Below are positions 26,607-37,067 of a stretch of 64,000 nucleotides of DNA, in pieces. Made by a program: the position numbers and the translations under genes. Location: IMG/VR virus record IMGVR_UViG_3300047548_000808; one strand, 5' to 3'. Origin of the DNA: an uncultured virus (IMG/VR IMGVR_UViG_3300047548_000808) (Duplodnaviria; Heunggongvirae; Uroviricota; Caudoviricetes). Position 1 is the first letter of the stretch; every line of letters starts with the position of its first letter. The notes beneath the pieces are model-generated. The model searched no databases. It was not told the origin of the DNA and worked only from the letters and a program-made list of their open reading frames with translations.

Positions 26607-29600
26607 ATGAGAATTCAACGTTTTGAAACTAAAGTTAATGCATCTGCATATACAACTGACACGGCCCGTAGGCAACTAACTTCTATTCAGGCTCGCTACA
26701 ACGATCTTACTTCACTGCAGACTAAGCTTCTAGCGTCTAACCGCCTAACAGCCAGCTTCACACAAAACAGTCTACGCGATCTTATGGAAATGGTAGCACC
26801 AGTTCCTGTTGTGTATACTACTGCTAAGCTTATTACTGCTGTAAAGGTGGCTAAGAAAGGCGATACACCTAAAGCAGCAAAAGCTCCAAAGAAGCAGTCA
26901 GATGCTAAAGCTCTATTTGAGCAAATGAAGCAAGCCGGTGCATTTGATAAAAATACTACTGATGCACCAAAGCCCACAGGTGGTGCTAAGGCCACTAAGG
27001 GCAAGTCGGATGCCGAAGCTATTAGAAAGTTGATGGAATCGGCTGATCCACTTACTAAGGCTATGTCAAAGAAACCAGCAGCAGCTGAAACAACGCCAGC
27101 GCCTAAAGTTCCTGCGCGTACAGAGCCAAAGGTAACTCCTGAGTATGCCCTAGAACTAGTAGATAATTTTGCTCGTGCACTAGACGACGCTGGTGAGGAC
27201 GACTCAACTGCAGATATTATTGACTCTGCTCGTACTCGTGTAGAATCTCTAGATCTTGGCAAGCTATCCCCTAAACTAGTTGCGGTACAACGTTCAGTTC
27301 TAGAAAAACTAGGTTCAGTAAAGACTCGTGGTAAGCTAGAAAGTTTCCTGGCTACTGAAGCAGAAAATCTACGTAGTGCTATCAAGAAGTTTGCTGAAGA
27401 ACAGGCTCCCGCCAAGGCTGATCCAGAGACTGAAGTTGTTGTCTATAACAAGGATAAGTTTCTTGAGCTGCTAGATGTTATAGAATCAGCCGAGGTTGAT
27501 GCAGCTGAGCCTGGAGCCAAGTTAAAGAATATTAAAACTTTAATTATTGCGTCACTTGAAGAAATGCTTCAAGAAGCCTTTGACTTTGCTACAGGTGATA
27601 TTGAAGACAGGATTGAAGAATTCAAGACTGCGATAGACAATACTTCTACCCTTAAGGATGTAGTATCTGTATCTTCAAGTGGAAGAAAAGCCCTAGAAAG
27701 TTTTGTATCGGAACAGACAAAAAAGAAACTGTTCAAGGACTCTGGTAAGCAAGAACAAACCAAGGTAGATAACAAGGATGCCGCTAAAGAACAGGCACGT
27801 AAAGAGCTGGAGCAAGTTAAGCGTGTAGTATCCCGTCTCCCCAAAGCCTTGTCTAAGGAGTACATACAGAATAACGTACTCTCCGCTCTAGATAGAATAA
27901 TAACTTACGTTCCAGGACTTAAGCCTCTCGCAGATCTTTTCAATACAGAGCTTAGTAAGCAGAGGGTTCCAACCCACAAGCTGCTAAAATCATTAGGGCT
28001 TACACTAGTTAATAACGCTATTGACTACCTTGATGCTCCAGACGGCGACGTAGAAACAGAGGATGAACCCGTAGAAACAGAGGATGAACCCCTAGTAGAA
28101 GATCCGAATGATTTTTCTGTGGATGATGCTACTACGGATGAACCTACTGGATTTGAGTTCAGTGAAGACGACGATTCTACTGCACCTACAACACCAGCGG
28201 CCAAGCCCGATGGGAAAACTGGTTTCGAGCTAGATGATGAGCCAGCAGAAGCACCACCGGCAACGAAAGCTCCACGTCGTGTTTTGGATGATGATATAGA
28301 AGAAACTCCAGAATCAACTACTGCGCCAACATCGCCCACAACCCCAGCTGTACCTGAGACTAAATCTACTACAAAGAAGCAGACAAGTAAGCCAGTCAAG
28401 GCACCTGCTGCAAAGCCTACAGCTCCCGCAGCTCCTCCAGTACCTCCTATTACTGAACAGCAGGCAGCTAAGCCAACTCCAGGCCAGTTTGACGTTTCAG
28501 GTCAAGACGGTGAACTTCAACTAAAACCTACTTCAGTCAAACTAGATCCTGCTAATAAGCAACTTATTCAGAAGCATCAAGCTATAGCTAAGGATCTTAA
28601 TTCCCTATTCTACGAGCTTCAGACTGTTTCTGCTAGAGTAAAAACTTCACTAGTAGATTCTGTGGCTCCAAAGACTATTGAAGCCATCCAGTCTTCCCTA
28701 GGTCGTCTAGGTGAACAGGTTAAGATTTCTATGCTGGCTTCGCTAAAGGCTATCCGTGAAATGACCGCAGCACATATTCCAAAGCAGTTTGCTGATACAG
28801 TACAGAATCTGAACAAGTTGCTAGTTAAGACTATTCCTACAAAGATTCCACCGGCTATTCATACCTTCATGTTTATAGACGAAGATGATGAGCTGTGCTT
28901 TACCTCGTATATAGTGCTAACTCGTCCCACGGATAAGCAAGGTCGCACTATTCCTAGACTCTTTATATACTTGACCTACCGTACTCAGAAACACAAAATG
29001 TATGTTTGTACATCAAGAAACATGCTTCCTCTATCTGAAGACCTGTTCCGTATGCCATTCACTAACCCTAAGACGATGGCACTAGGACTAGATCGACTTC
29101 TTAATCTAGATAACTTCCATGCTAATCTTGCTAAGGTTGATCTACGCACTGTGTTTGGTAAGGGTGGTGTAGAGTCGGCTAAGATTATTAACGACTTTCC
29201 TGCTATTGCAAGTATTGAGCAAGATGGAGACGAATTAGTATTTGCTCTTTCTGACTCTATTGGAGAAGACCAGGAGGCTATCGTAGAACGTCAAGCTAAT
29301 CAGCTCGAAAATAGATTCAAGCTTAGCATTGGCAAGAAGTTCCGTATATTCAAAACCTACAAATTTGTTAATACGGCCATCAATCCAGAAGACGTGTACG
29401 AAGATCCGGCAGATAATAAGACGGCTGAACCAAAGGTAGTAAACAAGCCCACACCACACTACGAAATTCGGTTGTCATTCACTGCAGTTCCAGGTCAAGA
29501 GCCTATTACTACTGCAGATCTAGACTTCCTGAAGGATCGTTTCATAAAGCTTAATGATGATTCAATCCGCCGTATGGTTCGTATAGCGAACGACTCTTAA
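26607..29600 (+). CDS. large hypothetical protein (about 1000 aa) with acidic and Pro/Thr-rich linker
   Basis: AGGA RBS before ATG 26607; followed by a terminator hairpin. Confidence 0.8.
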   Translation: MRIQRFETKVNASAYTTDTARRQLTSIQARYNDLTSLQTKLLASNRLTASFTQNSLRDLMEMVAPVPVVYTTAKLITAVKVAKKGDTPKAAKAPKKQSDAKALFEQMKQAGAFDKNTTDAPKPTGGAKATKGKSDAEAIRKLMESADPLTKAMSKKPAAAETTPAPKVPARTEPKVTPEYALELVDNFARALDDAGEDDSTADIIDSARTRVESLDLGKLSPKLVAVQRSVLEKLGSVKTRGKLESFLATEAENLRSAIKKFAEEQAPAKADPETEVVVYNKDKFLELLDVIESAEVDAAEPGAKLKNIKTLIIASLEEMLQEAFDFATGDIEDRIEEFKTAIDNTSTLKDVVSVSSSGRKALESFVSEQTKKKLFKDSGKQEQTKVDNKDAAKEQARKELEQVKRVVSRLPKALSKEYIQNNVLSALDRIITYVPGLKPLADLFNTELSKQRVPTHKLLKSLGLTLVNNAIDYLDAPDGDVETEDEPVETEDEPLVEDPNDFSVDDATTDEPTGFEFSEDDDSTAPTTPAAKPDGKTGFELDDEPAEAPPATKAPRRVLDDDIEETPESTTAPTSPTTPAVPETKSTTKKQTSKPVKAPAAKPTAPAAPPVPPITEQQAAKPTPGQFDVSGQDGELQLKPTSVKLDPANKQLIQKHQAIAKDLNSLFYELQTVSARVKTSLVDSVAPKTIEAIQSSLGRLGEQVKISMLASLKAIREMTAAHIPKQFADTVQNLNKLLVKTIPTKIPPAIHTFMFIDEDDELCFTSYIVLTRPTDKQGRTIPRLFIYLTYRTQKHKMYVCTSRNMLPLSEDLFRMPFTNPKTMALGLDRLLNLDNFHANLAKVDLRTVFGKGGVESAKIINDFPAIASIEQDGDELVFALSDSIGEDQEAIVERQANQLENRFKLSIGKKFRIFKTYKFVNTAINPEDVYEDPADNKTAEPKVVNKPTPHYEIRLSFTAVPGQEPITTADLDFLKDRFIKLNDDSIRRMVRIANDS
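28050..28091 (+). repeat. 21-nt perfect tandem duplication, in frame (VETEDEP x2)
   Basis: GTAGAAACAGAGGATGAACCC occurs twice. Confidence 0.9.
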
Positions 29601-29654
29601 TCAACCTTAGCCTGGGAGTAATTCCCAGGCTTTCTTCCAATTCAAGTTTTAAGC

Positions 29655-29885
29655 ATGTACCACGCAGCCGATCCAATAGACGCAGCCGCAGATCAAGAAC
29701 AAAAGTTTCTTGACATGGCTATCAAGAAAAATTCTGTTCACACAAAACGTCACCCAAAGAAACCTGGGTTATGTGACTACTGTGAAGACTCAACTGGAAG
29801 TGTTGATAAACTATTCTGCTCTACTGATTGTAGAGATTCAGACCACCAAGAACGCAGACTGCTGGCGTTAAATGGGAGATTCTAG
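29655..29885 (+). CDS. TraR/DksA-like C4 zinc-finger protein
   Basis: N-terminal AD..D.A helix and CDYC...FCSTDC. Confidence 0.7.
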   Translation: MYHAADPIDAAADQEQKFLDMAIKKNSVHTKRHPKKPGLCDYCEDSTGSVDKLFCSTDCRDSDHQERRLLALNGRF

Positions 29886-29887
29886 AA

Positions 29888-30343
29888 ATGTACTCGGATG
29901 TCTTTTTATCCCTGCTGTCTAAAATGCATACTATATCACTAGCTTTCATTTTACTTAGTGGACTAGTAGTATACGTACTGTTTCAAGTACAGAAGCGTGA
30001 GGATTTTGACTTCGCAGAAATGCTTAAGTCAAACGGAAAACCAAGCGCATCTAGGTTAGGTATGCTTTTATCCTTGGTTATATCTTCGTTTATAGTTCTG
30101 CAGGTTGCATTTGCTGAGCTGTCTAATCCTTCTACTAACTCCCCTGCTAGACTTGTTGACGTACTTGGTTTATACCTTGGGGTATTTGCTGGAGCTAAAG
30201 TTCTTGAGAAGGGAATAGACGCCTGGAAAAGTAACACAGATGGAGGATACTTACCCAGACGACAAGATTTTAGACCAACTACACAGCCTGATTTTGAAGA
30301 CACACTGCCAATAGATATGCATGAAATTCTGGAGCGTAGATAA
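29888..30343 (+). CDS. putative holin
   Basis: Three TM segments with KPSASRLG; directly upstream of spanin-like genes. Confidence 0.5.
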   Translation: MYSDVFLSLLSKMHTISLAFILLSGLVVYVLFQVQKREDFDFAEMLKSNGKPSASRLGMLLSLVISSFIVLQVAFAELSNPSTNSPARLVDVLGLYLGVFAGAKVLEKGIDAWKSNTDGGYLPRRQDFRPTTQPDFEDTLPIDMHEILERR

Positions 30344-30734
30344 AATGTTTACAGTACTGAAATCAATAAATGTACTTAAGTATCTAGTTCCAGCAGCATT
30401 AGCATTCATGCTAGGCTTCTACCTAGCTGAGACTGTTACTACAAAGATATATAGCAAACAACAAACAAAACTTAAAGAAGAACATAAACTAATAGTAGAC
30501 TCACTACAAGCTAGAATAACATCATTGGTACAAGAACAGAACTCACTAGCAGATAAACTAAATGCTACGTCCTCGGCATTAGCCGATGCTAACATAACCG
30601 CCAGCGCTGCAGATAAGGCTGATTCGCATAAAGCCTTAGTACGGTATAAAGAAAAGATAGTTCTAGTAAAACAGTCCTGTGTTCTATCAGACCCAGGTTT
30701 AGACTTCATAAAAGACAATATAGTAGGTAAGTAA
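30321..30734 (+). CDS. putative i-spanin (Rz-like)
   Basis: N-terminal TM helix, coiled coil, C-terminal Cys. Confidence 0.65.
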   Translation: MKFWSVDKMFTVLKSINVLKYLVPAALAFMLGFYLAETVTTKIYSKQQTKLKEEHKLIVDSLQARITSLVQEQNSLADKLNATSSALADANITASAADKADSHKALVRYKEKIVLVKQSCVLSDPGLDFIKDNIVGK

Positions 30735-30735
30735 C

Positions 30736-31014
30736 ATGCGTATTCTATATTGTATATTTATATCAATGCTTATAGGAGCTTGCGGCCATAACCCTACAAT
30801 TACTAATACAGGTAGTATACCAGATCAACGTAAAGTAAGTATAGATAAAACATTACTTACTCCATGTAAGCCTATTCCAGAACTACTAGGTAACACTGAA
30901 GTTGAACTTATGTTATGGATTTCAGACTGGAAACTGGTGTACTTAGAATGCAAGAGAAATCATGCAGCGCTTATAAACGCTATAAAATCAGCCTTTCCTT
31001 CAGACTCTAAGTAA
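30736..31014 (+). CDS. putative o-spanin lipoprotein (Rz1-like)
   Basis: Lipobox LIGAC; LLTPC.P.P...Y.EC...H.AL pattern. Confidence 0.7.
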   Translation: MRILYCIFISMLIGACGHNPTITNTGSIPDQRKVSIDKTLLTPCKPIPELLGNTEVELMLWISDWKLVYLECKRNHAALINAIKSAFPSDSK

Positions 31015-31075
31015 AACATATTCGTTGAAAGGGCCTAATAATAACATAGTTCCAACCTAATCTAAGAAAGCCTTT

Positions 31076-31396
31076 ATGACCTTCACTCTAATATACGCCA
31101 TACAGGCAGTACTAGGATCTATAGTGGGTGCTGGTATAGTTTACATACTCTATCCAGAGTTCGATACATTTTTTCGACGTATTGGATACGCAGCAATAGC
31201 TTGTCTACTATCGCTAATAACATCAAAGATTATTATAGACTTTCTTAATACTAAACTCGGAGTTCTTCTGGATATAGATCATCTAGGAGTTCTCATAGTA
31301 ACAATAGCGTATCAGGTGGCACTACCCCCTATTACGGCATTCGTTACGAGCAAATCTAACTTGCAAGAGCATCTTAGAAATAAACCATTACCATAA
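31076..31396 (+). CDS. membrane protein with three TM helices
   Basis: Three hydrophobic segments. Confidence 0.6.
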   Translation: MTFTLIYAIQAVLGSIVGAGIVYILYPEFDTFFRRIGYAAIACLLSLITSKIIIDFLNTKLGVLLDIDHLGVLIVTIAYQVALPPITAFVTSKSNLQEHLRNKPLP

Positions 31397-31431
31397 TCTA
31401 TTTTTAACTACCCCAGTTACGAGCAAAAACC

Positions 31432-31761
31432 ATGCAATCCTTTATGGAAATTTATCCGTTTGTAGCTTTTATAAACCTATCAACTTCCTTATTCTTATAC
31501 CGAAGTATATTCTCAGAGTTCATAAAACCTTGGCCGAAGCTAGCAAAGCTAGGATACGCACTATTAAGTGGGGTGCTTCTAATAGAATCAGTGTTGAACA
31601 TATTAATTGCACCCCCTATGCCCTACCAGCAAGAGCTATACGTAGTAAAGCACTTCGCGTTGTTTATCCTTGGTTTCGCACTTTGTTTTTTTGTATTTAA
31701 AAAGAAGAAGGATTGGGAACACTGTCATCCATGCGCTATAGTAACTAATACAGGAAATTAA
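31432..31761 (+). CDS. membrane protein with three TM helices
   Basis: Hydrophobic segments and a basic C-terminus. Confidence 0.6.
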   Translation: MQSFMEIYPFVAFINLSTSLFLYRSIFSEFIKPWPKLAKLGYALLSGVLLIESVLNILIAPPMPYQQELYVVKHFALFILGFALCFFVFKKKKDWEHCHPCAIVTNTGN

Positions 31762-31762
31762 A

Positions 31763-33223
31763 ATGACTGCTGTATTTACAAAGTATACAAGCCAAAACTC
31801 TATTCATAACCTTGAAGTACCAGACTTAGTGGTGGGAGAAACCGTAACTACAGCGAGTATTCAACAAATAGCTCCCATCACATCACCTGCACTAACGATT
31901 AGCATGTTAGCTACTGCAGCGAGTTCTGTAAACATAGAACTCGCTGCAGGACAAAATGAAACAACATACGGATTTCTGCTAAATGCAGTAACTAGCAACA
32001 ACAGAACTATACAAATTAGAGGTGCAGTATACGTTACCTCAGACGTATCAGTTCCATTCAGTTCCCAAGACCCGTACTCGTTTCAGTCTATATTAGGATC
32101 AATAGAGACTGGGCAGGCGGGTATAGCAAAAGGCTACTTTGTACTAGGGCCAAATACAACAGGAGCACATGCTGGATATGTTAGATGGTCAGTTCTATCT
32201 AATGATGGAACTATATACTCAACTGGAAACGCATATGAATACGTAGTTACACAGAACTCTTTTATGGATGCAGTTGAGGCCACTTCTGTAATTCACATAC
32301 CCTCTGATACTCCTCCATCTTCTGAGAACTCAGCCTATCAAATTCGTTGGGAGCTGATTCTTCCAAATACTGAGCCTATATACCTTTTTGAGAACCTTAC
32401 AGTTCTTGGAGGCACTTCGGTTCCACTAGGAGCACAGGACGCAGTGGAAATGCAGGGAGATCCTGCAACGATGTACCTAGTTCTTAATAAGCTATATGAC
32501 TCAGTTCTAGCTGAGGTTTATACTGGAACAACAAAACTACTGTCTATAGTGCCCACAGGAAAGCCTGTAAAAGTATCTTCCGGCTACTTGTACCAAGTTA
32601 CTATGGATACTACTAGTGTTGGAGCATCACTGGATCCAATAACTATAACATGGAAGTATTTCAACGCAGCAGCACCGCACATAGTTAGTAGAGAAACAGC
32701 CAAGTTATTTATAGTTAATCCTCCTATACTTACTGCGATAGAAGACTCCAGAATGCAGGTGTCTAAAGCTCGTACAACACTGTTTGGATACGAGGATGCT
32801 ATATTTGATACCTCTACTATACTTTCCTGGTTGCGTCGTGGAAGAGATGACTTCAATGCTGCAGGAGGGCTATTCACTACGTTTGATATGTCAGTAGCTA
32901 CAGGAGCCCTACGTTCCTACTGGTTGATGTATTCAGAAATAGCTATGTTAAGGGCTCAGAGCCTAGCCGAAGGTGAGAAAGCATTCAATTTTAGTGGACA
33001 GGCTATATCGCTAGAGGTAGACAGAACAGCTTACTATGATAAGCTTGCAGATTCTTTGCAATCACAAGTTGATTCTAATATTGGTCCACTGAAAAAGAAC
33101 CTTGCGATGAAGGGCATAACTAGCGGAAACGGGGATCTTAACTCTACTCACGGTGGAAACAGACCAATGCTAGGCATTTCCATACATCCTGCTACTAATA
33201 TAAATAGATACGGATGGCGTTAA
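31763..33223 (+). CDS. putative virion structural protein
   Basis: Beta-rich N-terminal part and helical C-terminal part; function inferred from context only. Confidence 0.5.
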   Translation: MTAVFTKYTSQNSIHNLEVPDLVVGETVTTASIQQIAPITSPALTISMLATAASSVNIELAAGQNETTYGFLLNAVTSNNRTIQIRGAVYVTSDVSVPFSSQDPYSFQSILGSIETGQAGIAKGYFVLGPNTTGAHAGYVRWSVLSNDGTIYSTGNAYEYVVTQNSFMDAVEATSVIHIPSDTPPSSENSAYQIRWELILPNTEPIYLFENLTVLGGTSVPLGAQDAVEMQGDPATMYLVLNKLYDSVLAEVYTGTTKLLSIVPTGKPVKVSSGYLYQVTMDTTSVGASLDPITITWKYFNAAAPHIVSRETAKLFIVNPPILTAIEDSRMQVSKARTTLFGYEDAIFDTSTILSWLRRGRDDFNAAGGLFTTFDMSVATGALRSYWLMYSEIAMLRAQSLAEGEKAFNFSGQAISLEVDRTAYYDKLADSLQSQVDSNIGPLKKNLAMKGITSGNGDLNSTHGGNRPMLGISIHPATNINRYGWR

Positions 33224-33519
33224 CTATGAAGTTCAGTAGACCATTCGTTAAAAGAAATAGTACTGGAGTATCAAGAATAATCAGAGACGGTTATCATACC
33301 CCAGACAAGTCCTGGTATGAGCGTGGGGCAGAAATTCGAGAAAGCAGCAACTATACTTGTACATGCGGAAAATATCTTGGAAAAGGTAAAGGTCATGTAC
33401 ATCATATAATACACCGAGGACGGGGCGGACTAACTGCCAATAGAAATCTAGTACTTTTATGTGAAGAGTGCCATGAAGCTAAACATCCACACATGACTAG
33501 AAAACGCCATCCTGCTTAG
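33214..33519 (+). CDS. small HNH endonuclease
   Basis: HVHHIIHRGRGG....NLVLLCEECHEAKH. Confidence 0.85.
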   Translation: MALTMKFSRPFVKRNSTGVSRIIRDGYHTPDKSWYERGAEIRESSNYTCTCGKYLGKGKGHVHHIIHRGRGGLTANRNLVLLCEECHEAKHPHMTRKRHPA

Positions 33520-33563
33520 TTTTAAGCCGAGATAAGACTTAGACCGTTTACCTGGAGAGGCTA

Positions 33564-34169
33564 ATGCCCATTATTAGGTTTAACTCATCACCTGTTAGAA
33601 AAGTAATTAAGAGTCAGGTTATTCCTGACGAACTACCTAGCACGGATCCAGATTCTCCTAATTATACAGAACCAAAGTATGTTAGAGTATCAGATCTAAG
33701 TCTGCTAGAACCTGAACCCAAAGTAGTGGAATCGGGTATCAGTGCAATCGAAGTATTTGCTCCTGCAGTTCCGTTGGAAGAACTAGAAGAGACAATACAC
33801 GAGCATTCAGACGACTGCATGGTAGACGACCACTCTGATGAAGAAGAGCTTCTAGAGAATACTGAAGAAGTAAAACTCTACGATTTTCTAGTAGCCTACC
33901 TTAGAATAAATACTTCACCTTCTGACGAGCAGTTTCATAGCCTAGCTCTGTCAATTAATAAAGATCCAGAATACCTGGAAAGCGTAGTTTATAAAATCAT
34001 GGCACTTATGTTTGAAGACGATGAACTGTCTGAAGACGCTAGAGGTTTGATTGATGAAGCTCTAGTTACAGCAGAATATCTTCCTGCAATTGGAGAGTCC
34101 GAAGGTCTTCCGGACTTAGGTCTGGATGAGATTTCTGAACTTACTGAACATGATGGCGACCCTCGTTAA
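33564..34169 (+). CDS. acidic hypothetical protein
   Basis: 201-aa ORF with GGAG RBS. Confidence 0.7.
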   Translation: MPIIRFNSSPVRKVIKSQVIPDELPSTDPDSPNYTEPKYVRVSDLSLLEPEPKVVESGISAIEVFAPAVPLEELEETIHEHSDDCMVDDHSDEEELLENTEEVKLYDFLVAYLRINTSPSDEQFHSLALSINKDPEYLESVVYKIMALMFEDDELSEDARGLIDEALVTAEYLPAIGESEGLPDLGLDEISELTEHDGDPR

Positions 34170-34188
34170 TTTTCTATTGGAGTTTTAA

Positions 34189-34980
34189 ATGCTAGATCTT
34201 TCTTCCCTCAAGAACTTTGCCCCTGCTTCTATCACTGAGTACAAGCTAGTAAATGATCGAGTAGCTCAGGTGATCGTGAACTGTTCCAAGTCACGTCCCG
34301 ATCAACTATTCGCAAGACTTCACGAAGTTCTAGGCGGTAAAGCTACACCTATTCGTGCCTCATTCCGTTGGCTGGTACGCGACGAGTCCATGATTGGTTT
34401 CGTTGCTACTAACCAAGAAACACAAGTAGTAAATAAAGAACAACTAACAGCTAGTTTCCGCCTAGTAGCTAACTCAAGCAACATCTACATGAACAAGGAA
34501 GATGATAGTATTTGGGAGCTACGTAACGGCACTGGTGGAACTTATCTGTCAAAGACTACAAGTGATGACCTAGGAGAGCTAATTGAATCAGTTAGAGCTT
34601 CGCGTGCTGGTTCACCGCGCATGGCTTCGATCATGGCCGCTACGGTACAAGCGCATGAAGTTGTTGCCTTTGTATACTCTGAAGAAAACACCAATCCAGA
34701 CATGGAGTATGGTTTCTGCGTAGGTCGTCAGGGTGATGACTATCTAGTCGTTACGGCTAACCATGAGAATCCAGTAAAGGTTAGTGCCAGTACTATAGTT
34801 GGTTGCTATTCAGTGGATCAGGAGGCCCTGAAGGCCAAGGTTAATTCCGCTACTAAGGCTGGTATTCGTGCAGGTTTTGACAAGAAGCCCGTAGTTGAGT
34901 ACTACAAGAAGGCTTATTCGTATGATAAGCAGTATCTAGCTACGATCATCAAGCAGATTGAAGAGCAAGCTGCTCTATAA
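34189..34980 (+). CDS. hypothetical protein, probably structural
   Basis: 263-aa ORF with GGAG RBS; terminator follows. Confidence 0.7.
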   Translation: MLDLSSLKNFAPASITEYKLVNDRVAQVIVNCSKSRPDQLFARLHEVLGGKATPIRASFRWLVRDESMIGFVATNQETQVVNKEQLTASFRLVANSSNIYMNKEDDSIWELRNGTGGTYLSKTTSDDLGELIESVRASRAGSPRMASIMAATVQAHEVVAFVYSEENTNPDMEYGFCVGRQGDDYLVVTANHENPVKVSASTIVGCYSVDQEALKAKVNSATKAGIRAGFDKKPVVEYYKKAYSYDKQYLATIIKQIEEQAAL

Positions 34981-34996
34981 AACTTAGTTAAAGCAC

Positions 34997-35034
34997 AGCC
35001 GCCTGCCAGTTTGATAGCTGCAGGCGGCTTTTTT
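34997..35034 (+). terminator. intrinsic terminator
   Basis: AGCCGCCTGC/GCAGGCGGCT followed by a T-run. Confidence 0.8.
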
Positions 35035-35050
35035 AGTTTAGGACTTTAGC

Positions 35051-36325
35051 ATGTCTAATAATATATCAGATAGAGAACTACAAAGTTATATAGAAAAAAC
35101 TGCCAAGAAGGTAGTTCGTACAGTAGATACTAAGGCACTAAAAGCTAAGGTAGTTAGTAAGACTAGACAGACTGATAAAGTAGTATCTAGAGCAAAGAAC
35201 GCTAAATCAAAAGAAGATACTATAGGAAAACTTGAAGAACTAGAACTTATGCCTGACCTGCCCGTGTCTGTGTACAGAGTAAATGAACCCAAACAAAGGA
35301 TAAATATTGTGAAGGACGACGAATTCTTTTTTCCTATAGCAGTAGGGCGAAATGCTAAGGTTGATAAGTCAATTCAAAAACATAAAATTAAAAAGCTTCC
35401 AGCTGAAGCAAGAACCGCTAGGTTTTCTGAAATAGAAGACGAAGTTATATCCGATATAGAACAACGTAAACAGGCTAGACTAAAAGCAAAGCGCCTAGCT
35501 GAGCAAGAGCAGCAGCAGGCGGAACAAGACAGAATAGAAGCAGAAGCAGCCCAACGGCGAAAATTACTAATGCGGGCTAAAGTGCGCAAGATAGTTAAAT
35601 CCGAGGAGGCTGCTCAGCGAGCTGAAATTAAAGAAGAAATAGAAGAAGATCTAGGAATAAAAAATAAGAAACGTAATCTTAACGTACTGGACGTATCCGG
35701 AGGGTCTACAATTTTAGACGATTATCCAGGAGAAAACTCAAAATCCTCAGCTAAGAAAACTCGTCGATTACAGGAAGCTGAAGAAGACGAGGACTCGCTA
35801 CTAACTGAAGAATACCCGTTAAAGGGAATAGATAAAAAAGCATTGAAGTCTATAGAGTCAATGTTTGGCCAAAGATCAGATTCTATTATTGAACTTCTAG
35901 ACGTTGGTAACTCCGATGGAGCACTATCCCTAATAATGAAAACTCTATTATCCACACTAGTGGATACTATGCCTGCAGTAGAAGGGCATGTTCGTAGATC
36001 TGGTGGACAAAAAGGTGTTTATCAGCTTACACAGCTCTCATCACAGCTAAGAGAAACGTGTGCTGATATTCAAGCCTATAGGGATAGATCTAATCTTGGT
36101 AACAAGGTAGTAGAGCGTTATTTACGTCCGGCTTTTCTAGATATAGCAGTTCAGATAACTAGGACTTGGATTGAACTAGAAGCTGGTGCTGCATCTAAGA
36201 TGTCCAAAGAAGATATGAAAAAATATCAAGAGGACTACCTTATTCCAATGAAACGTGGCATAGCAGACTATCTAATGAAGCAGTATGAAGACGTATCCTC
36301 TTCATTAGTTCAGTCTCTAAATTAA
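35051..36325 (+). CDS. hypothetical coiled-coil protein
   Basis: 424-aa ORF. Confidence 0.75.
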   Translation: MSNNISDRELQSYIEKTAKKVVRTVDTKALKAKVVSKTRQTDKVVSRAKNAKSKEDTIGKLEELELMPDLPVSVYRVNEPKQRINIVKDDEFFFPIAVGRNAKVDKSIQKHKIKKLPAEARTARFSEIEDEVISDIEQRKQARLKAKRLAEQEQQQAEQDRIEAEAAQRRKLLMRAKVRKIVKSEEAAQRAEIKEEIEEDLGIKNKKRNLNVLDVSGGSTILDDYPGENSKSSAKKTRRLQEAEEDEDSLLTEEYPLKGIDKKALKSIESMFGQRSDSIIELLDVGNSDGALSLIMKTLLSTLVDTMPAVEGHVRRSGGQKGVYQLTQLSSQLRETCADIQAYRDRSNLGNKVVERYLRPAFLDIAVQITRTWIELEAGAASKMSKEDMKKYQEDYLIPMKRGIADYLMKQYEDVSSSLVQSLN

Positions 36326-36335
36326 AAGGTATGGT

Positions 36336-37055
36336 ATGGAACTTACTGCAGTAAAACAGACCCATCTAGGTATACTAGGTATAAATACATCAGGCAATCC
36401 TACAGCCAAATTACCAAAGTCTTTTAACCAAGACGCCAGTAAGATATGGCTAGAAGTGCTAGATTCGGATGAGTACAAGACTGTTAAAGCTAAAGAAGCA
36501 TCTGTAAGATGGGACAGGGCTATAACACTGTTTATGGCTAAGTGTCGTGCTGAAAAGATAAGCCCTTTCTATACACCAGAAAATCAAGTACAGAATAACA
36601 AGTTTTCAAACTCTCTTAGTAGGTCTAGAAGCGTATTGAGTAATTTTCTAAACTCTACGAAAATAGTAAATGTATTTTCTATTCAGAAGATAGATAGAAG
36701 ATACGTATTTAAAGAAGGTAGCACTATAATAATGGCTACCGCTACAATGAGAAAAATGGATGATCCCACTCTACCAGCTTACCTAAAAGATATAGGGTTC
36801 GTTAGGCATGCAGAAGACGGAACTAGCGTATGGAAGCATTCGCCGCAGGCTAACGTAGACGTAGTTGTTAATCTATCAAGGCCCTCAGCTCCAAAAATTA
36901 CTTACATAATAACTGTACATCCAGCACTGGTGTATTCTTCGACAAAAGAAACTAGAGTTCCAACTAAGGATAAACTAACAAAATTCCTCGAAAAAGAGTT
37001 CTTATTTCCAGTACTCAAGAAGTACCCAATCAAGAATCTAAATCGTATATTTTAA
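36336..37055 (+). CDS. hypothetical protein
   Basis: 239-aa ORF. Confidence 0.7.
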   Translation: MELTAVKQTHLGILGINTSGNPTAKLPKSFNQDASKIWLEVLDSDEYKTVKAKEASVRWDRAITLFMAKCRAEKISPFYTPENQVQNNKFSNSLSRSRSVLSNFLNSTKIVNVFSIQKIDRRYVFKEGSTIIMATATMRKMDDPTLPAYLKDIGFVRHAEDGTSVWKHSPQANVDVVVNLSRPSAPKITYIITVHPALVYSSTKETRVPTKDKLTKFLEKEFLFPVLKKYPIKNLNRIF

Positions 37056-37067
37056 GGTAAAAGTAAA

